This document shows, piece by piece, positions 1 to 10,594 of a stretch of 43,958 bases of DNA (positions are counted from its first letter, which is position 1; every line of letters begins with the position of its first letter). The DNA lies in contig DASPQI010000462.1 of the NCBI GenBank assembly GCA_035625045.1, positions 1-43,958 of the forward strand. Reading direction: 5' to 3'. The position numbers and the translations under genes were made by a program. The notes beneath the pieces are model-generated. The model did not search any database and had not been told where the DNA came from. It was given only the letters and a program-made list of their open reading frames with translations. Source of the stretch: Syntrophales bacterium (GTDB lineage: Bacteria > Desulfobacterota > Syntrophia > Syntrophales > UBA2185).

Positions 1-2762
1 TGCGCGACATTTGCCGGACCATCGTGGAGATCGGGGGTTACCGTATGGCCTGGGTCGGCTTTGCCGAGCATGATGGAGAAAGGACGATTCGGCCCATTGC
101 CCATGCCGGATATGATAACGGCTATCTTGCGTCTGTGAAGATTTCTTGGGCGAATAATGAGCTTGGGCAAGGGCCCATCGGGCGATCCATACGGACCGGC
201 AAGCCTGTTTTTGCAGAGGACATTTTGACAGACGCCTTTTACGGTCCCTGGCGTGAGGAGGCCCTGAAAAGAAACTATCGATCCTCGATCTCGATTCCCT
301 TGACCGTTAGGGGGCAGGCTTTCGCGGTACTCAACCTTTATGCAGACAGTCCCGGATCGTTCAGTACGGAGGAAGTGAAGCTCCTTGAAGAGTTGGCAGA
401 CGATTTGGCGTTTGGCATAACAGTGCTGCGTACGCGCGAGGAGCGCAGGCACTTTGAGAGGGCGCTTCTGGAAAGCGAGGGGCGTTACAGGCTACTGGTG
501 GAAAATATGGATGACGGTCTGGCATCGGTAGACCCAGATGGAATACTGATCTATACCAATCCAAGGCTGAGAGAGATGCTCGGTTATGCGGATGATGAAT
601 TAATCGGCTGTTATATTGGTAATTTCATGGGCGCAACAAACAGGAAAATATTGGAAGGGCAGTTATCCGAACGACGGAAAGGAAAGCATGCCTCTTACGA
701 GCTTTCCTGGACGAGGAAAAATGGAAGTAATGTTTCTACCTTGATGACCGCCACGCCGCTATTCAACGTTGACGGCATATTCACAGGAAGCTTCGCAGTA
801 ATTAGCGATATCACCGAGCGCAAGAAGGCCGAAGAACAACTGAAAGAGAGTGAAGTGAGATACAGGACTCTCTTTGATAATGCCAATGACGCCATTTTTA
901 TATTGAGAGATGATAAGTTTATTGACTGCAATGCGGTTACCCTGAGAATGTTCGGCTGTACCAGAGAACAAATAGTCGGAAGTTATCCCTACGTGTTCTC
1001 ACCGCCTTTTCAGCCCGACGGCAGGGACTCAACAGAAAAGGCCTTGGAGAAAATAAATAAGGCCATCGCGGGGGAACCACAGTTTTTTGAGTGGAAACAT
1101 TGTAAGTATGACAGGACCGCTTTTGATGCTGAAGTGAGCCTCAACAGCATCAAGATTGGCGATGAAGTCCTGATCCAGGCCCTTGTCAGAGACATTACTG
1201 ACCGTAAGCTGACGGAAGAGGCTTTACGGGAAAGTGAGGAAAAATACCGCAGCATTTTTGAAAATGCACTGGAAGGTATTTTCCAGACCACACCGGATGG
1301 ACGCCTTCTCGATGTCAACCCGTCCTTTGCCAGGATGTATGGCCATGAATCTCCTCAGGAAATGATGAACAGCATTGCCGACATCAAACATCAGCTCTAT
1401 GCCGATCCTGAAGATCGAGAAAAATTCAAAGAAATCCTTGAAAAGTGGGGCATGGTGGAAGGATTTCAAGTTCAGCATTATAATAAAACCGGAGAAAAGA
1501 TTTGGGTTTCAATTACCTCGCGCCTGCTGCATGATGAAACAGGCAAGGTTTATTACAGTGGTTTTGTGGAAGATATAACGAAGCGAAAGATTGCAGAGGA
1601 GGAAAAAAAACGCCTTGAAGCCCAACTCCGCCAGGCCCAAAAGATGGAGGCCATTGGTACTCTAGCTGGAGGAATAGCCCATGACTTTAATAATATCCTG
1701 ACGGCTATTATCGGGTATACGGAAATGGCCCTGTACAAAGTTCCAAAAGAAAATCCATTACGACGCGACCTAGAGCAGGTATTAAAGGCCAGCTCTCGCG
1801 CAAAAGATCTTGTAAGGCAGGTCCTCGCATTCAGCAGACAGACCGAGTTGGAACGGAAACCCCTGCAGGTAGTCTTTATTGTTGAGGAAACACTCAAGCT
1901 ATTGCGTTCTTCACTGCCGACTACTATCGAGATTCGCCAGAATATCTCCGTTGGCAATGACAGGGGTATTATTCTGGCTGATTCTACTCAGATACAACAA
2001 GTATTGATGAATCTTTGCACCAATGCGGCGCATGCGATGCGGGACAAAGGGGGCGTATTGAGTGTCGGCGTGTCAGAGGTCGATATCAACGCCACTTTTA
2101 CGCTGCGCCATCCTGACTTGAATCCCGGTCGATACGTGAGACTATCGGTGGACGATACAGGTTATGGTATGCCAACTGCGATTTCTGAACGGATATTTGA
2201 CCCGTATTTCACCACAAAAGAAGCGGGAGAAGGAACAGGCCTTGGTCTTTCAGTGGTTCAAGGTATAGTTAAAAGCCATGGTGGAGCTATAACTGTTCGC
2301 AGTGAAATGGGCAAAGGGACGACTTTCAATGTCTTTTTCCCGGCGATTGAAAGAGGGGTCTCGTCAGACGCGGGAGCTGCTGAATTTCTTTCTATGGGGA
2401 ATGAGCGTATATTGTTTATAGACGATGAAGAAATTTTGGCTAACCTTGGTAAAGAGATGTTGGAATCTATAGGTTACGATGTAACTACCAGGACCAGCAG
2501 CCTCGCTGCACTGGAGACATTCCGGGCAGATCCTTATGTATTCGATCTGGTGATTACCGATACAACAATGCCCGGCATGACGGGTTTGGAGTTGGCAACG
2601 GAAATGATGGCTATCCGGTCTGATATACCAATAATCTTATGTACGGGGTTTAGCGAACTGACTAATGAAAAGAAGATTAAGGAGGCAGGGATTCGAGAGC
2701 TTGTTATGAAGCCTTATGTATTAATGAATCTCACCAAAACCATCCGGAAGGTGTTAGCTTGA
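1..2762 (+). CDS. Hybrid sensor histidine kinase (GAF, multiple PAS, HisKA/HATPase, C-terminal receiver); 5' end cut by window edge
   Basis: The frame is open from nt 3 (RDICRTIVEIGGYRMAWVGF, GAF-like), so the M at 24 is internal. There are PAS-like repeats separated by ITxRK..EE linkers. H-box IAHDFNNILTAI, G-boxes DDTGYGM and GTGLGLS, receiver ILFIDDEE...DLVITDTTMPGMTG...KP. Confidence 0.9.
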   Translation, partial: RDICRTIVEIGGYRMAWVGFAEHDGERTIRPIAHAGYDNGYLASVKISWANNELGQGPIGRSIRTGKPVFAEDILTDAFYGPWREEALKRNYRSSISIPLTVRGQAFAVLNLYADSPGSFSTEEVKLLEELADDLAFGITVLRTREERRHFERALLESEGRYRLLVENMDDGLASVDPDGILIYTNPRLREMLGYADDELIGCYIGNFMGATNRKILEGQLSERRKGKHASYELSWTRKNGSNVSTLMTATPLFNVDGIFTGSFAVISDITERKKAEEQLKESEVRYRTLFDNANDAIFILRDDKFIDCNAVTLRMFGCTREQIVGSYPYVFSPPFQPDGRDSTEKALEKINKAIAGEPQFFEWKHCKYDRTAFDAEVSLNSIKIGDEVLIQALVRDITDRKLTEEALRESEEKYRSIFENALEGIFQTTPDGRLLDVNPSFARMYGHESPQEMMNSIADIKHQLYADPEDREKFKEILEKWGMVEGFQVQHYNKTGEKIWVSITSRLLHDETGKVYYSGFVEDITKRKIAEEEKKRLEAQLRQAQKMEAIGTLAGGIAHDFNNILTAIIGYTEMALYKVPKENPLRRDLEQVLKASSRAKDLVRQVLAFSRQTELERKPLQVVFIVEETLKLLRSSLPTTIEIRQNISVGNDRGIILADSTQIQQVLMNLCTNAAHAMRDKGGVLSVGVSEVDINATFTLRHPDLNPGRYVRLSVDDTGYGMPTAISERIFDPYFTTKEAGEGTGLGLSVVQGIVKSHGGAITVRSEMGKGTTFNVFFPAIERGVSSDAGAAEFLSMGNERILFIDDEEILANLGKEMLESIGYDVTTRTSSLAALETFRADPYVFDLVITDTTMPGMTGLELATEMMAIRSDIPIILCTGFSELTNEKKIKEAGIRELVMKPYVLMNLTKTIRKVLA

Positions 2763-3127
2763 AGCGGAAATGTATTGATATTGAGTACAATTAAAAAAAG
2801 TAATGTCTTTGACATGCCTTTTGTTTTGAAAATTTGACTTAATCTAATTTTTAAACTTTCTCCTGCCTTTATATCCATATCTGCTAAGTTAGTATCCACA
2901 ATTTTTTATGCCTTGACCCTACCTGCACAGTCCGGGTAGAAAGCACGTCAAATCCGTGTAGACCGGGCGTCTCAATGACAATAAATTATCGATAATATCT
3001 GACGAAGATTGGAGACATTGATAAATAGGCGAACCAATTTACAGTACGATTCGAATTTGATTGAATCAGCATTGTGGATTACCGGGTAAAAGGATCAATG
3101 TAGATGGATTTAGGTGTGAAAAATTTT

Positions 3128-3928
3128 TTAACCTGCATCCCATGATAAGATGTTTTTGAAGCATGCAGCATGATTCTGAATCACATCCGCAATATCTGCG
3201 GCATTTCCCTGCTCAATTAAATTTTTCAGTTCAGCTACACTTTTTTCGTACATCTCAATAAGCTGACGGACATCAGGATTCATCGCTATGATTTCAGTAT
3301 ACAGCCCGGGATTTTGACAAAAGACCTTTTCAATAATCTCTATCTTGGTTTTAAAGACCGGGGTAGTAAACTTCATCAATTCTGAAATGTCCACCCCTGT
3401 CCTGCTTAAGACCAGACCCATCATAATTGTGTTAAAATGGTTCAGCCCCTGGACGATGGCCATCATTCGGTCATGTTTTTCCGGTGTTGCTTCCACAACA
3501 AGCACGCCATTCCTTTCAAGGATATCCTTCAGCCAGGGAAGCCACTTCTTTACCCTTGCTGGACAGAGAACTACACGCTGTCCCGCCATGGAATCAATCT
3601 GAGGACCAAAGAGGGGATGGCATCCGATAACCTCCGACACTGACGATTCCAGCATGGCTTTAACGGGTTCACACTTCAAGGATGTGAGATCCATAAGGAG
3701 TGAGTTTTTTGGCATATGAGGGCCAACCTTCTCAATGACCTCACAAGTCACGCCGATGGGGACGCTCACGACAACCACCTGGCAGGCACGGGCCATTTCA
3801 GTCACATCCGCTGTCTCCATATTTCTTCCGAACACCCGGACGCCGTACCCTTCTGCTTCAAGGAAGCGGGCAAACCAACTGCCCATGCCGCGGGTACCAC
3901 CGATGACACCTATCTGAAAGTCACTCAT
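3128..3928 (-). CDS. tyrA: Prephenate dehydrogenase
   Basis: N-terminal Rossmann IGVIGGTRGMGSWFA and the TyrA-type motif GCHPLFGP. It is the last gene of the aromatic operon and overlaps the aroC stop by 8 nt. Confidence 0.85.
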   Translation of the reverse strand: MSDFQIGVIGGTRGMGSWFARFLEAEGYGVRVFGRNMETADVTEMARACQVVVVSVPIGVTCEVIEKVGPHMPKNSLLMDLTSLKCEPVKAMLESSVSEVIGCHPLFGPQIDSMAGQRVVLCPARVKKWLPWLKDILERNGVLVVEATPEKHDRMMAIVQGLNHFNTIMMGLVLSRTGVDISELMKFTTPVFKTKIEIIEKVFCQNPGLYTEIIAMNPDVRQLIEMYEKSVAELKNLIEQGNAADIADVIQNHAACFKNILSWDAG

Positions 3929-5000
3929 GAGCTGTTGCTTTCTGTCTCAATAAATGATCCGCAAGAATAATACTAACCATCGCCTCACAAACGGTAATGA
4001 TCCGGGGTATTACCGATACATCATGCCTTCCCTTAATGGACAACTCCACAGGCTTCCCCTGTACATCGATAGTCTGCTGAACCTTCGCAATGGATGAAAT
4101 AGGCTTGCAGGCTACCCGTATAACGATGTCCTGACCTGTAGTAATACCGGCAAGTATGCCGCCGGCATGATTGGAAAGAAATCCCTCCGGTGTGATGGGG
4201 TCATTTGCCTGAGACCCGGTCATTTCAGCAACCTTGAAACCGGCCCCTATTTCTACTCCCTTCACCGTCCCGATACCCATAAGGGCTCCGGCAAGATCGG
4301 CATCCATCTTATCAAACACGGGTTCTCCCAGACCCGGAGGGCAGCCCCTGACGATGATCTCGACAATGCCTCCGAGGGAATCGCCGGAGCGCCTCGCTTT
4401 CTCCAGCTTTGCTTCCATTTCTTTTGCGGCATCCGGATCGGGACACATCAAAGTACTCCCAGCAATATTTTTATGGGATATCTTTTTAGCTGCATCACCT
4501 TTCAGCTTTATGGCTATACCACCCAGTGCCTTTGTATAGGCAATGACCTCCATGCCTTCCTTGGATATGATTTTTCCGGCAATCGCCCCGGCAGCCACAC
4601 GGGCTGCCGTTTCCCGTCCTGAGGCGCGTCCGCCGCCCCGGTAATCACGGATCCCGTATTTTTTAAAATAGGTATAATCCCCCTGGCCCGGCCTGAAGAT
4701 GTCTTTAATGTCTTCATAGGCACTGCTGTTGACATCCCTGTTCTCTATGATCAGAGAAATGGGGGTACCGGTTGTCTTGCCCTGAAATGTCCCCGAGAGT
4801 ATCTTAACGGCATCTTCCTCCTTCCGGGGGGAGCTTGAGGCAATCCTGCCCGGTCTTCTTCTATCCAGTGCCTTCTGAATGTCTTCTGCTATAAGATCAA
4901 TACCGGAAGGGCACCCTTCCACGATTGCGCCAATGGCCGGACCGTGAGATTCGCCCCAGGTTGTCACTTTGAAGAGGACGCCTATGGAACTTCCTGACAT
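3921..5000 (-). CDS. aroC: Chorismate synthase
   Basis: Family motifs TWGESHG, RRPGR, DYRGGGRASGRETA and GGILAGITTG; 359 aa. Overlaps the aroK stop by 19 nt. Confidence 0.95.
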   Translation of the reverse strand: MSGSSIGVLFKVTTWGESHGPAIGAIVEGCPSGIDLIAEDIQKALDRRRPGRIASSSPRKEEDAVKILSGTFQGKTTGTPISLIIENRDVNSSAYEDIKDIFRPGQGDYTYFKKYGIRDYRGGGRASGRETAARVAAGAIAGKIISKEGMEVIAYTKALGGIAIKLKGDAAKKISHKNIAGSTLMCPDPDAAKEMEAKLEKARRSGDSLGGIVEIIVRGCPPGLGEPVFDKMDADLAGALMGIGTVKGVEIGAGFKVAEMTGSQANDPITPEGFLSNHAGGILAGITTGQDIVIRVACKPISSIAKVQQTIDVQGKPVELSIKGRHDVSVIPRIITVCEAMVSIILADHLLRQKATAHE

Positions 5001-5542
5001 GCTGACTCCTTTTTGCCAAATCTATCAGTTCCTCTTAGAAATTGACAGATACTATCGACAATTTCGTCTACATTTTTTTTTGCCGTATCTATAGAATAAT
5101 CCGCAAGCCGGCTGTACACCGGTATCCGTTTCTTGAGAACATCTTCGGTTTCCTTCATGATGTCTTCCTGTGAAAAAGAAGGCCTCCGTTTGTCGCTGTT
5201 AAGGTCGTCCTGAATTCTTTCGACAATTGTATTCACATCGGCATTGAGCCAGATCAGTACTCCATGCTTTTTCAGAATAGCGGCATTGCCTTCGTCCATG
5301 ACCACTCCGCCGCCTGTCGCAATAACACTTCTATGCAAAACTGCCAGTCCTTGTACAGTCTCCCGCTCTTTCTCACGGAAATATGCCCAGCCGTTTTCCG
5401 CAACTATTTCCTTGATCGATCTCCCGGTTGCAGCTTCGATGAGTTCATCAGTATCATAAAACGGCATCTGCAGCTTTTCAGCAAGTCTCTTCCCGACCGC
5501 GGATTTGCCTGTCCCACGATATCCAATCAATATAACGTGCAC
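4982..5542 (-). CDS. aroK: Shikimate kinase
   Basis: P-loop ILIGYRGTGKSAVGKRLA and ATGGGVV. GTG start preceded by GGGGG with 4 nt spacing. Confidence 0.9.
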   Translation of the reverse strand: MHVILIGYRGTGKSAVGKRLAEKLQMPFYDTDELIEAATGRSIKEIVAENGWAYFREKERETVQGLAVLHRSVIATGGGVVMDEGNAAILKKHGVLIWLNADVNTIVERIQDDLNSDKRRPSFSQEDIMKETEDVLKKRIPVYSRLADYSIDTAKKNVDEIVDSICQFLRGTDRFGKKESACQEVP

Positions 5543-5582
5543 TTAACCCCCGTTCAACCGAAAATGTCCCCCTCCCTTTGTC

Positions 5583-5608
5583 CCTTCCCTCTCGATGGTG
5601 AGGGAGGG
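5583..5608. repeat. GC-rich hairpin element in the only sizeable intercistronic gap of the aromatic operon
   Basis: CCCTTCCCTC (5582-5591) pairs with GAGGGAGGG (5600-5608) for about 9 bp around an 8-nt loop. It lies between the aroA stop (5623) and the aroK start (5542). Confidence 0.6.
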
Positions 5609-5622
5609 TGGGAGTGAAAACA

Positions 5623-6888
5623 TCATCCAATATATAATTTTTTCAGCTCATCCCAGAAACCGGGAAAGGATTTCCGGACACAGAGCCTGTCTTTAATCCT
5701 CATCCCCGGCACGGCAAGTCCTGCAATGGCAAAACTCATGGCAATTCGGTGATCGTTATATGTCTCAATATCCGCACCATGCGGTTTCCCCCCGACAACG
5801 ACAAGTCCGTCATCCTTTTCTTTCGCGATAACGCCGATTCTGTTCAACTCATTTACCACCGCGGCAATGCGATCACTTTCCTTAATCCGCAGATGAGCGA
5901 CATTTGTGATGGTTGTTTGTCCTTTTCTGAATGCCGCGAGGACAGCCAGCGTCGGCACCATGTCCGGCATGTCCCCCATATCGAAGCTGGCATCTCCTTC
6001 ATTTAGTGGCCCACCGATAACCTCAACCCATGTCCCGCCGCGCACCACCGAACATCCCAGACTTTCCATTATACCCAGGAGTTTAATGTCCCCTTGTATG
6101 CTGTCTGGGTTGATGTTCATAACCCTGACCCGCCCATGGCACAGGACTGCAGCCAAGAAAAAATAGGAAGCGCTGGAGGCGTCTCCCTCGACGATGTATT
6201 TCTTTCCTGAATAACGCAGACCGCTTTTTACCAGGAATGTGTTTGTCTTGCTTCTGATGATTTCTGCGCCAAAGTTCTCCATAACATTCAGGGTCATTTC
6301 TATATAGGGCTCGGAGACTGTCTTGCCTTCGAGCCTTATCTCTATATCTTCCCTGGCGTAAGGAGCGCCGATGAGGAGAGAAGAGATATACTGACTGCTT
6401 TCCACATCCGCAAATGTTACTGAACCTCCACTGATACCATCTGCGTCGATCCGCAGCGGGGGATAGCCCCTGTTATTCTTGCTATGAGATGTAACTCCGA
6501 TGGTTTTCAGGACATCCAGAAGCGGTTTAACCGGTCTTTCACGAAGACGGCTGCTTCCGTCGAGGGTAAACTCCCCTCTCCCGAGAGAGACCAGTGTCGT
6601 AAGGAATCTCAACGCGGTACCATTGTTCCCTAGAAAGACCATCCGTCCGGGATTACGGATTCGTCCCTCTGTTCCCGTGACAATAAAATCGCTGCCGGAG
6701 CTAAGAATCTTGGCGCCAAGGACACGCAGCGCCTCCAACAGATACTGCGTGTCCTCCGAAATTAGCACATTGCTGAGGATCGACCTCCCCCTTGCCAGAG
6801 ACGCGATAACAAGGGCCCTCTGTGTATAGCTCTTGGAACCGGGAACCTTGACCGTTGCATCTAAATGATGAACCGGTTTAATTTCCAT
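5623..6888 (-). CDS. aroA: 3-phosphoshikimate 1-carboxyvinyltransferase (EPSP synthase)
   Basis: PGSKSYTQRAL, LGNNGTALRFL and RIKESDRI motifs; 421 aa. Confidence 0.95.
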   Translation of the reverse strand: MEIKPVHHLDATVKVPGSKSYTQRALVIASLARGRSILSNVLISEDTQYLLEALRVLGAKILSSGSDFIVTGTEGRIRNPGRMVFLGNNGTALRFLTTLVSLGRGEFTLDGSSRLRERPVKPLLDVLKTIGVTSHSKNNRGYPPLRIDADGISGGSVTFADVESSQYISSLLIGAPYAREDIEIRLEGKTVSEPYIEMTLNVMENFGAEIIRSKTNTFLVKSGLRYSGKKYIVEGDASSASYFFLAAVLCHGRVRVMNINPDSIQGDIKLLGIMESLGCSVVRGGTWVEVIGGPLNEGDASFDMGDMPDMVPTLAVLAAFRKGQTTITNVAHLRIKESDRIAAVVNELNRIGVIAKEKDDGLVVVGGKPHGADIETYNDHRIAMSFAIAGLAVPGMRIKDRLCVRKSFPGFWDELKKLYIG

Positions 6889-8416
6889 ACAAAAGACGCT
6901 CCCTGACCACCTGTTTCATTAACTTCCTCGGAGGCTCTAACCCTGTCCATAGTTTGATCTGTTCCGCACCCTGATGAACAAACATATCGAGGCCGGAAAC
7001 GGTAATACAGCCGGCCTTTTCAGCATCCCTCAGCATTTTTGTCTTAAAAGGATTATAGATCACGTCCATGACGCATCGGTAGTTACCCAGGATTGTATCA
7101 CTAACGGGTGATGCGTCTATCTCCGGCACCATGCCGACAGGTGTTGTATTTATCAGACAGTCTGCTCTGACCTTTCCGATATCCTTGAGAGGATAAAAAG
7201 TGCATCCCATCTCTTGCGCCATGTGCCTCCCTCTTCCGACGTTTCTATTGACAATAACAGGGATGCCGCCTTCTCTATAAATGCCAAAAACAGTTGCCCG
7301 CGCAGTTCCGCCAGCCCCTAAGATGGCGAACACCTTCCCCTTAATGTCTATAGCCTCTTTAAGGGCCAGAACAAGACCGATCCAGTCGGTATTGAAGCCC
7401 TTCAATATGCCCTTATTATTCACGACGGTATTTACGGCACCTATATCTATGGCATCCCGGTCAATCTCATCCAGATGTGCCATTATCGTAACCTTAAAAG
7501 GAATTGTTATGCTGACCCCCTGGATGCCCATTCCCCTTATGCCGCTCATGGCAGGAGCCAGATCTCGGATGCAAAAAGGCAAATACCTTCCGTTAATCTT
7601 CATCTCAGCAAGCGCAGTATCATGCATAAGCGGCGAAAGGCTCTGCTTCACAGGATTGCCAAAAAGGCCAAAAATCTGGATTTCAGAAGATAAGGATAAT
7701 TTATTGTCTTCGCCACCGCTGCCGGTGGCAATACTCATGACCTTGTTCATATCATCGACGGTGAGCTGCCCCGGCGCCGACTCACCCCCCCGGCTCAGTG
7801 AGGCGAAGCTGAGATAAGAGCCCAGGATGGGGGCCATTATCCTGCTTACCCTTCCCTGCTCTCCCATACAGAAAGCAATAATGTCCTGATTTTTTTTCCG
7901 GGCATAGGGAATTAAGCTGAGGGTCGTGAGATTGTCTTCCGGACTGTTAGCGAACGTAACTATTTTAACAATGCTACCGCCAAAATTAGCACAGTTATGG
8001 AAAATGTTTTTTAATGACTCGATAGACGGCGTACCTTTGAAATCGTGATGGGAAATAATAACACTCGTCCGATTGCCATGAGCCGCTACCATGGAAAGCA
8101 CCTCTTTCAATAGCGGCCCCGGCGTATCTGTTTCAATGTCTACATAATCCGCACCAAGAGCGATGGCCTCTTTCAGTAGAGAGATCCTCTGTGCTTCGCT
8201 TGAAGGTTCTTCCACCGCGGAAGATTCTTTCCTTCTGTTTGTGACTATGATTTTAACAGGAATTTTGTATGACCTGCAGCTATTAATCAATTTCTTCAAG
8301 TCTCCATCCGATATCAAATCCATTCTCAGCTCTAAGACATCGGCGCGCAAAATGCTGCTTTCTATCTGCTGCAAAGCATCTGCCTGTGTTTTTGCCGTGA
8401 CTGGTATACAGATCAT
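6878..8416 (-). CDS. aroDE: Bifunctional 3-dehydroquinate dehydratase (type I) / shikimate 5-dehydrogenase
   Basis: The N-terminal half is AroD-like (MICIPVT..., ELRMDL, IISHHDF, VKIV). The C-terminal half is AroE-like (GLFGNPVKQSLSPLMHD, NTDWIG, GAGGTARA). I prefer the ATG at 8416 because it forms an ATGA overlap with the pheA stop. The track's 8491 start would overlap pheA by 79 nt. Confidence 0.85.
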   Translation of the reverse strand: MICIPVTAKTQADALQQIESSILRADVLELRMDLISDGDLKKLINSCRSYKIPVKIIVTNRRKESSAVEEPSSEAQRISLLKEAIALGADYVDIETDTPGPLLKEVLSMVAAHGNRTSVIISHHDFKGTPSIESLKNIFHNCANFGGSIVKIVTFANSPEDNLTTLSLIPYARKKNQDIIAFCMGEQGRVSRIMAPILGSYLSFASLSRGGESAPGQLTVDDMNKVMSIATGSGGEDNKLSLSSEIQIFGLFGNPVKQSLSPLMHDTALAEMKINGRYLPFCIRDLAPAMSGIRGMGIQGVSITIPFKVTIMAHLDEIDRDAIDIGAVNTVVNNKGILKGFNTDWIGLVLALKEAIDIKGKVFAILGAGGTARATVFGIYREGGIPVIVNRNVGRGRHMAQEMGCTFYPLKDIGKVRADCLINTTPVGMVPEIDASPVSDTILGNYRCVMDVIYNPFKTKMLRDAEKAGCITVSGLDMFVHQGAEQIKLWTGLEPPRKLMKQVVRERLLYGN

Positions 8417-9495
8417 CGTGCCTCCTCGCCTTTTGGATAGGAACCCAGTATCTTTAAAAACGTGGTCTTCGCCTTCATGTCTTCCATGCATTGTTTGATT
8501 TCCTTGTCATCTACATGCCCCGCAAAATCAACAAAAAAAAGATACTCCCAAAGCCTTTCCTTTACGGGATAAGATTCAATCTTTGTCAGGTTGATATTTC
8601 GTTCTACAAACGGTTCCAACGCATGATACAGGGAACCCGGTATATGGGGCGTCCCGAAGAGGATCGATGTCTTATCACTGCCGGTCATCTTGCTTTCACC
8701 TTCCCCGATGACCAGGAACCTTGTTGTGTTCGACGGATTATCTTCAATACCTTCCGAAAGTATATTCAACCCGTATGCAGATGCAGCAAGACGGCTCCCT
8801 ATGGCGGCGCCTTTTTTATCTTTCTGTACCAGGCGTGCCGCGGCGGCGGTGCTTTCCGCCTCAACAAGAACACACCGGGGGAGATTGGCGCGCAGCCATC
8901 CCTGGCATTGGGCCAGTACCTGCGGAATTGAATAGACCCTCGTTATCCCGTCCATCCGCTCTACAGGTGAAAGAAGACAGTGGCTGATCCTGAGAAAAAT
9001 CTCAGCACGAATCGCGAGCGGAGTCAATATTAATCGATCAAGTGTCAAGTTGATGGAACCCTCAAGGGAGTTTTCCACGGGCACAACCCCCCACTGCAAC
9101 TTTCCTTTTTCCACCTCATCAAAGACATTAAAAATTGTCGCCTGCGGGATAAAGGTGGTACTCGTGCCGAAATAGGATTGAGCGGCCAGATGGCTGAAGG
9201 TCGCCTCAGGCCCCAGAAAGCCCACAGTTACCGGCTTTTGCAGTGCCCGCGACGCTGAAACAATCTCCCTGAAAATGGCCTTCAGGTATTTCTCCGGCAG
9301 CATTCCATCATTTACCTTTGCCAGGTTTTTAAAAATTTTGGCTTCCTGCGAGGCGTCATAGACATCCAGCCCATTTTTTGCCTTAATCATGCCTATCTTC
9401 AGGGATAATTCAGCCCTCTCATTGAGAAGTTTTACAATCTTCCGATCAGTTGCCATCAGATCACGCCGGAGGCGTTCAAGTCTTGTTAGTGTCAT
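8413..9495 (-). CDS. pheA: Bifunctional chorismate mutase / prephenate dehydratase (P-protein) with C-terminal ACT domain
   Basis: CM helix LRRDLMATDRKIVKLLNERAELS, PDT region VGFLGPEATFSH...TRFLVIG, and ACT region TSILFGTPHIPGSLYHALEPF. Confidence 0.9.
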   Translation of the reverse strand: MTLTRLERLRRDLMATDRKIVKLLNERAELSLKIGMIKAKNGLDVYDASQEAKIFKNLAKVNDGMLPEKYLKAIFREIVSASRALQKPVTVGFLGPEATFSHLAAQSYFGTSTTFIPQATIFNVFDEVEKGKLQWGVVPVENSLEGSINLTLDRLILTPLAIRAEIFLRISHCLLSPVERMDGITRVYSIPQVLAQCQGWLRANLPRCVLVEAESTAAAARLVQKDKKGAAIGSRLAASAYGLNILSEGIEDNPSNTTRFLVIGEGESKMTGSDKTSILFGTPHIPGSLYHALEPFVERNINLTKIESYPVKERLWEYLFFVDFAGHVDDKEIKQCMEDMKAKTTFLKILGSYPKGEEAR

Positions 9496-10586
9496 TTTGT
9501 CAGGTCCTCCATCGTTTCCCGTAGAATTGCTTCAGGCACGCCCCCGTTGACAAAGGGCATCCCCATCTTTTTAAGCAAGACGAAACGAATCACATCACCT
9601 TCTTTTTTCTTGTCTGACTTTAACCTGGAGAGAATTCCATCCGCAGTAATCGTTTGAGGGATGTGGCGGGAAAGCCCCACTTTTTCTATCAGACGCTCAA
9701 TCCTCTCCCGATCCCCTCCGGGAAGATCATACAATTTCTCCGAGATCCTGACCGCAGCAACCATACCCAGGGAAACGGCAGTACCATGAGAAATTGTATA
9801 GCCCGATTCCGCCTCAATGGCATGTCCGATTGTGTGACCAAAGTTGAGGACACGGCGAAGTCCGTTCTCCCTCTCGTCAATCTCGACTATCCCCTTTTTT
9901 ATCCTGCATGAGTTTTCAACGATCTTTTCAAGAACCGACCTATCCCTCTTTTTGATCGCTGTCATGTTTTCTTCGAGGAAATGAAAGAACGCAGTATCAT
10001 CGATAATGCCGTATTTTACCACCTCCACAAGGCCGTTATTAAATTCTACATCTGGAAGTGTATCCAGAAATTTTACGTCGATAAACACACTTTTCGGCTG
10101 GTAAAATGTCCCTAAGAGATTTTTCCCTTCCGGGAGGTCAATAGCAGTCTTTCCCCCGATACTGCTGTCAACCTGCGCCATAAGCGTAGTCGGGACTTGT
10201 ATGTAAGGAACTGACCTCATGAACGTGGATGCGATAAAACCCGTCATATCGCCGACAACCCCGCCTCCCAGCGCAAGCAGGGCTGATTTTCTGTCTGCAC
10301 CCAGCTTCAACAGCTTCTCGACTATGACCAGTGCCGAGCCGATATTTTTCGAATCCTCTCCCGCCGGGAATTCTATCATATCGGCCGGAAGCTTCATTCC
10401 CCTGAGCCTTTCCAGAAGTGGCCCTCCATGGAGAGAAGATACGTGAGAATCCGTAATAACGATGTAATGAAGGGCGGGCAGATTTTTTGCAATAATCAAC
10501 CCGATACGATCAAGAATATCGTACCCTATGCAAATCTCATAGGAGGCGTATATTTTTTTATCGAGATTAACCTTTATCTTTTTCAT
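9492..10586 (-). CDS. aroB: 3-dehydroquinate synthase
   Basis: GGGVVGDMTGFIAS, GGKTAIDLP and NFGHTIGHAIE motifs. ATGA overlap with the pheA start. Confidence 0.95.
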   Translation of the reverse strand: MKKIKVNLDKKIYASYEICIGYDILDRIGLIIAKNLPALHYIVITDSHVSSLHGGPLLERLRGMKLPADMIEFPAGEDSKNIGSALVIVEKLLKLGADRKSALLALGGGVVGDMTGFIASTFMRSVPYIQVPTTLMAQVDSSIGGKTAIDLPEGKNLLGTFYQPKSVFIDVKFLDTLPDVEFNNGLVEVVKYGIIDDTAFFHFLEENMTAIKKRDRSVLEKIVENSCRIKKGIVEIDERENGLRRVLNFGHTIGHAIEAESGYTISHGTAVSLGMVAAVRISEKLYDLPGGDRERIERLIEKVGLSRHIPQTITADGILSRLKSDKKKEGDVIRFVLLKKMGMPFVNGGVPEAILRETMEDLTK

Positions 10587-10594
10587 CGCAGCAC

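Noticed and set aside
3040-3060. TTCGAAT-containing stretch checked as a possible tRNA T-arm; a general scan for tRNA, rRNA or tmRNA signatures across all spacers
   Set aside because: No GGTTCGAATCC-type T-loop with matching acceptor and anticodon stems was found. I found no supportable RNA gene of these classes.
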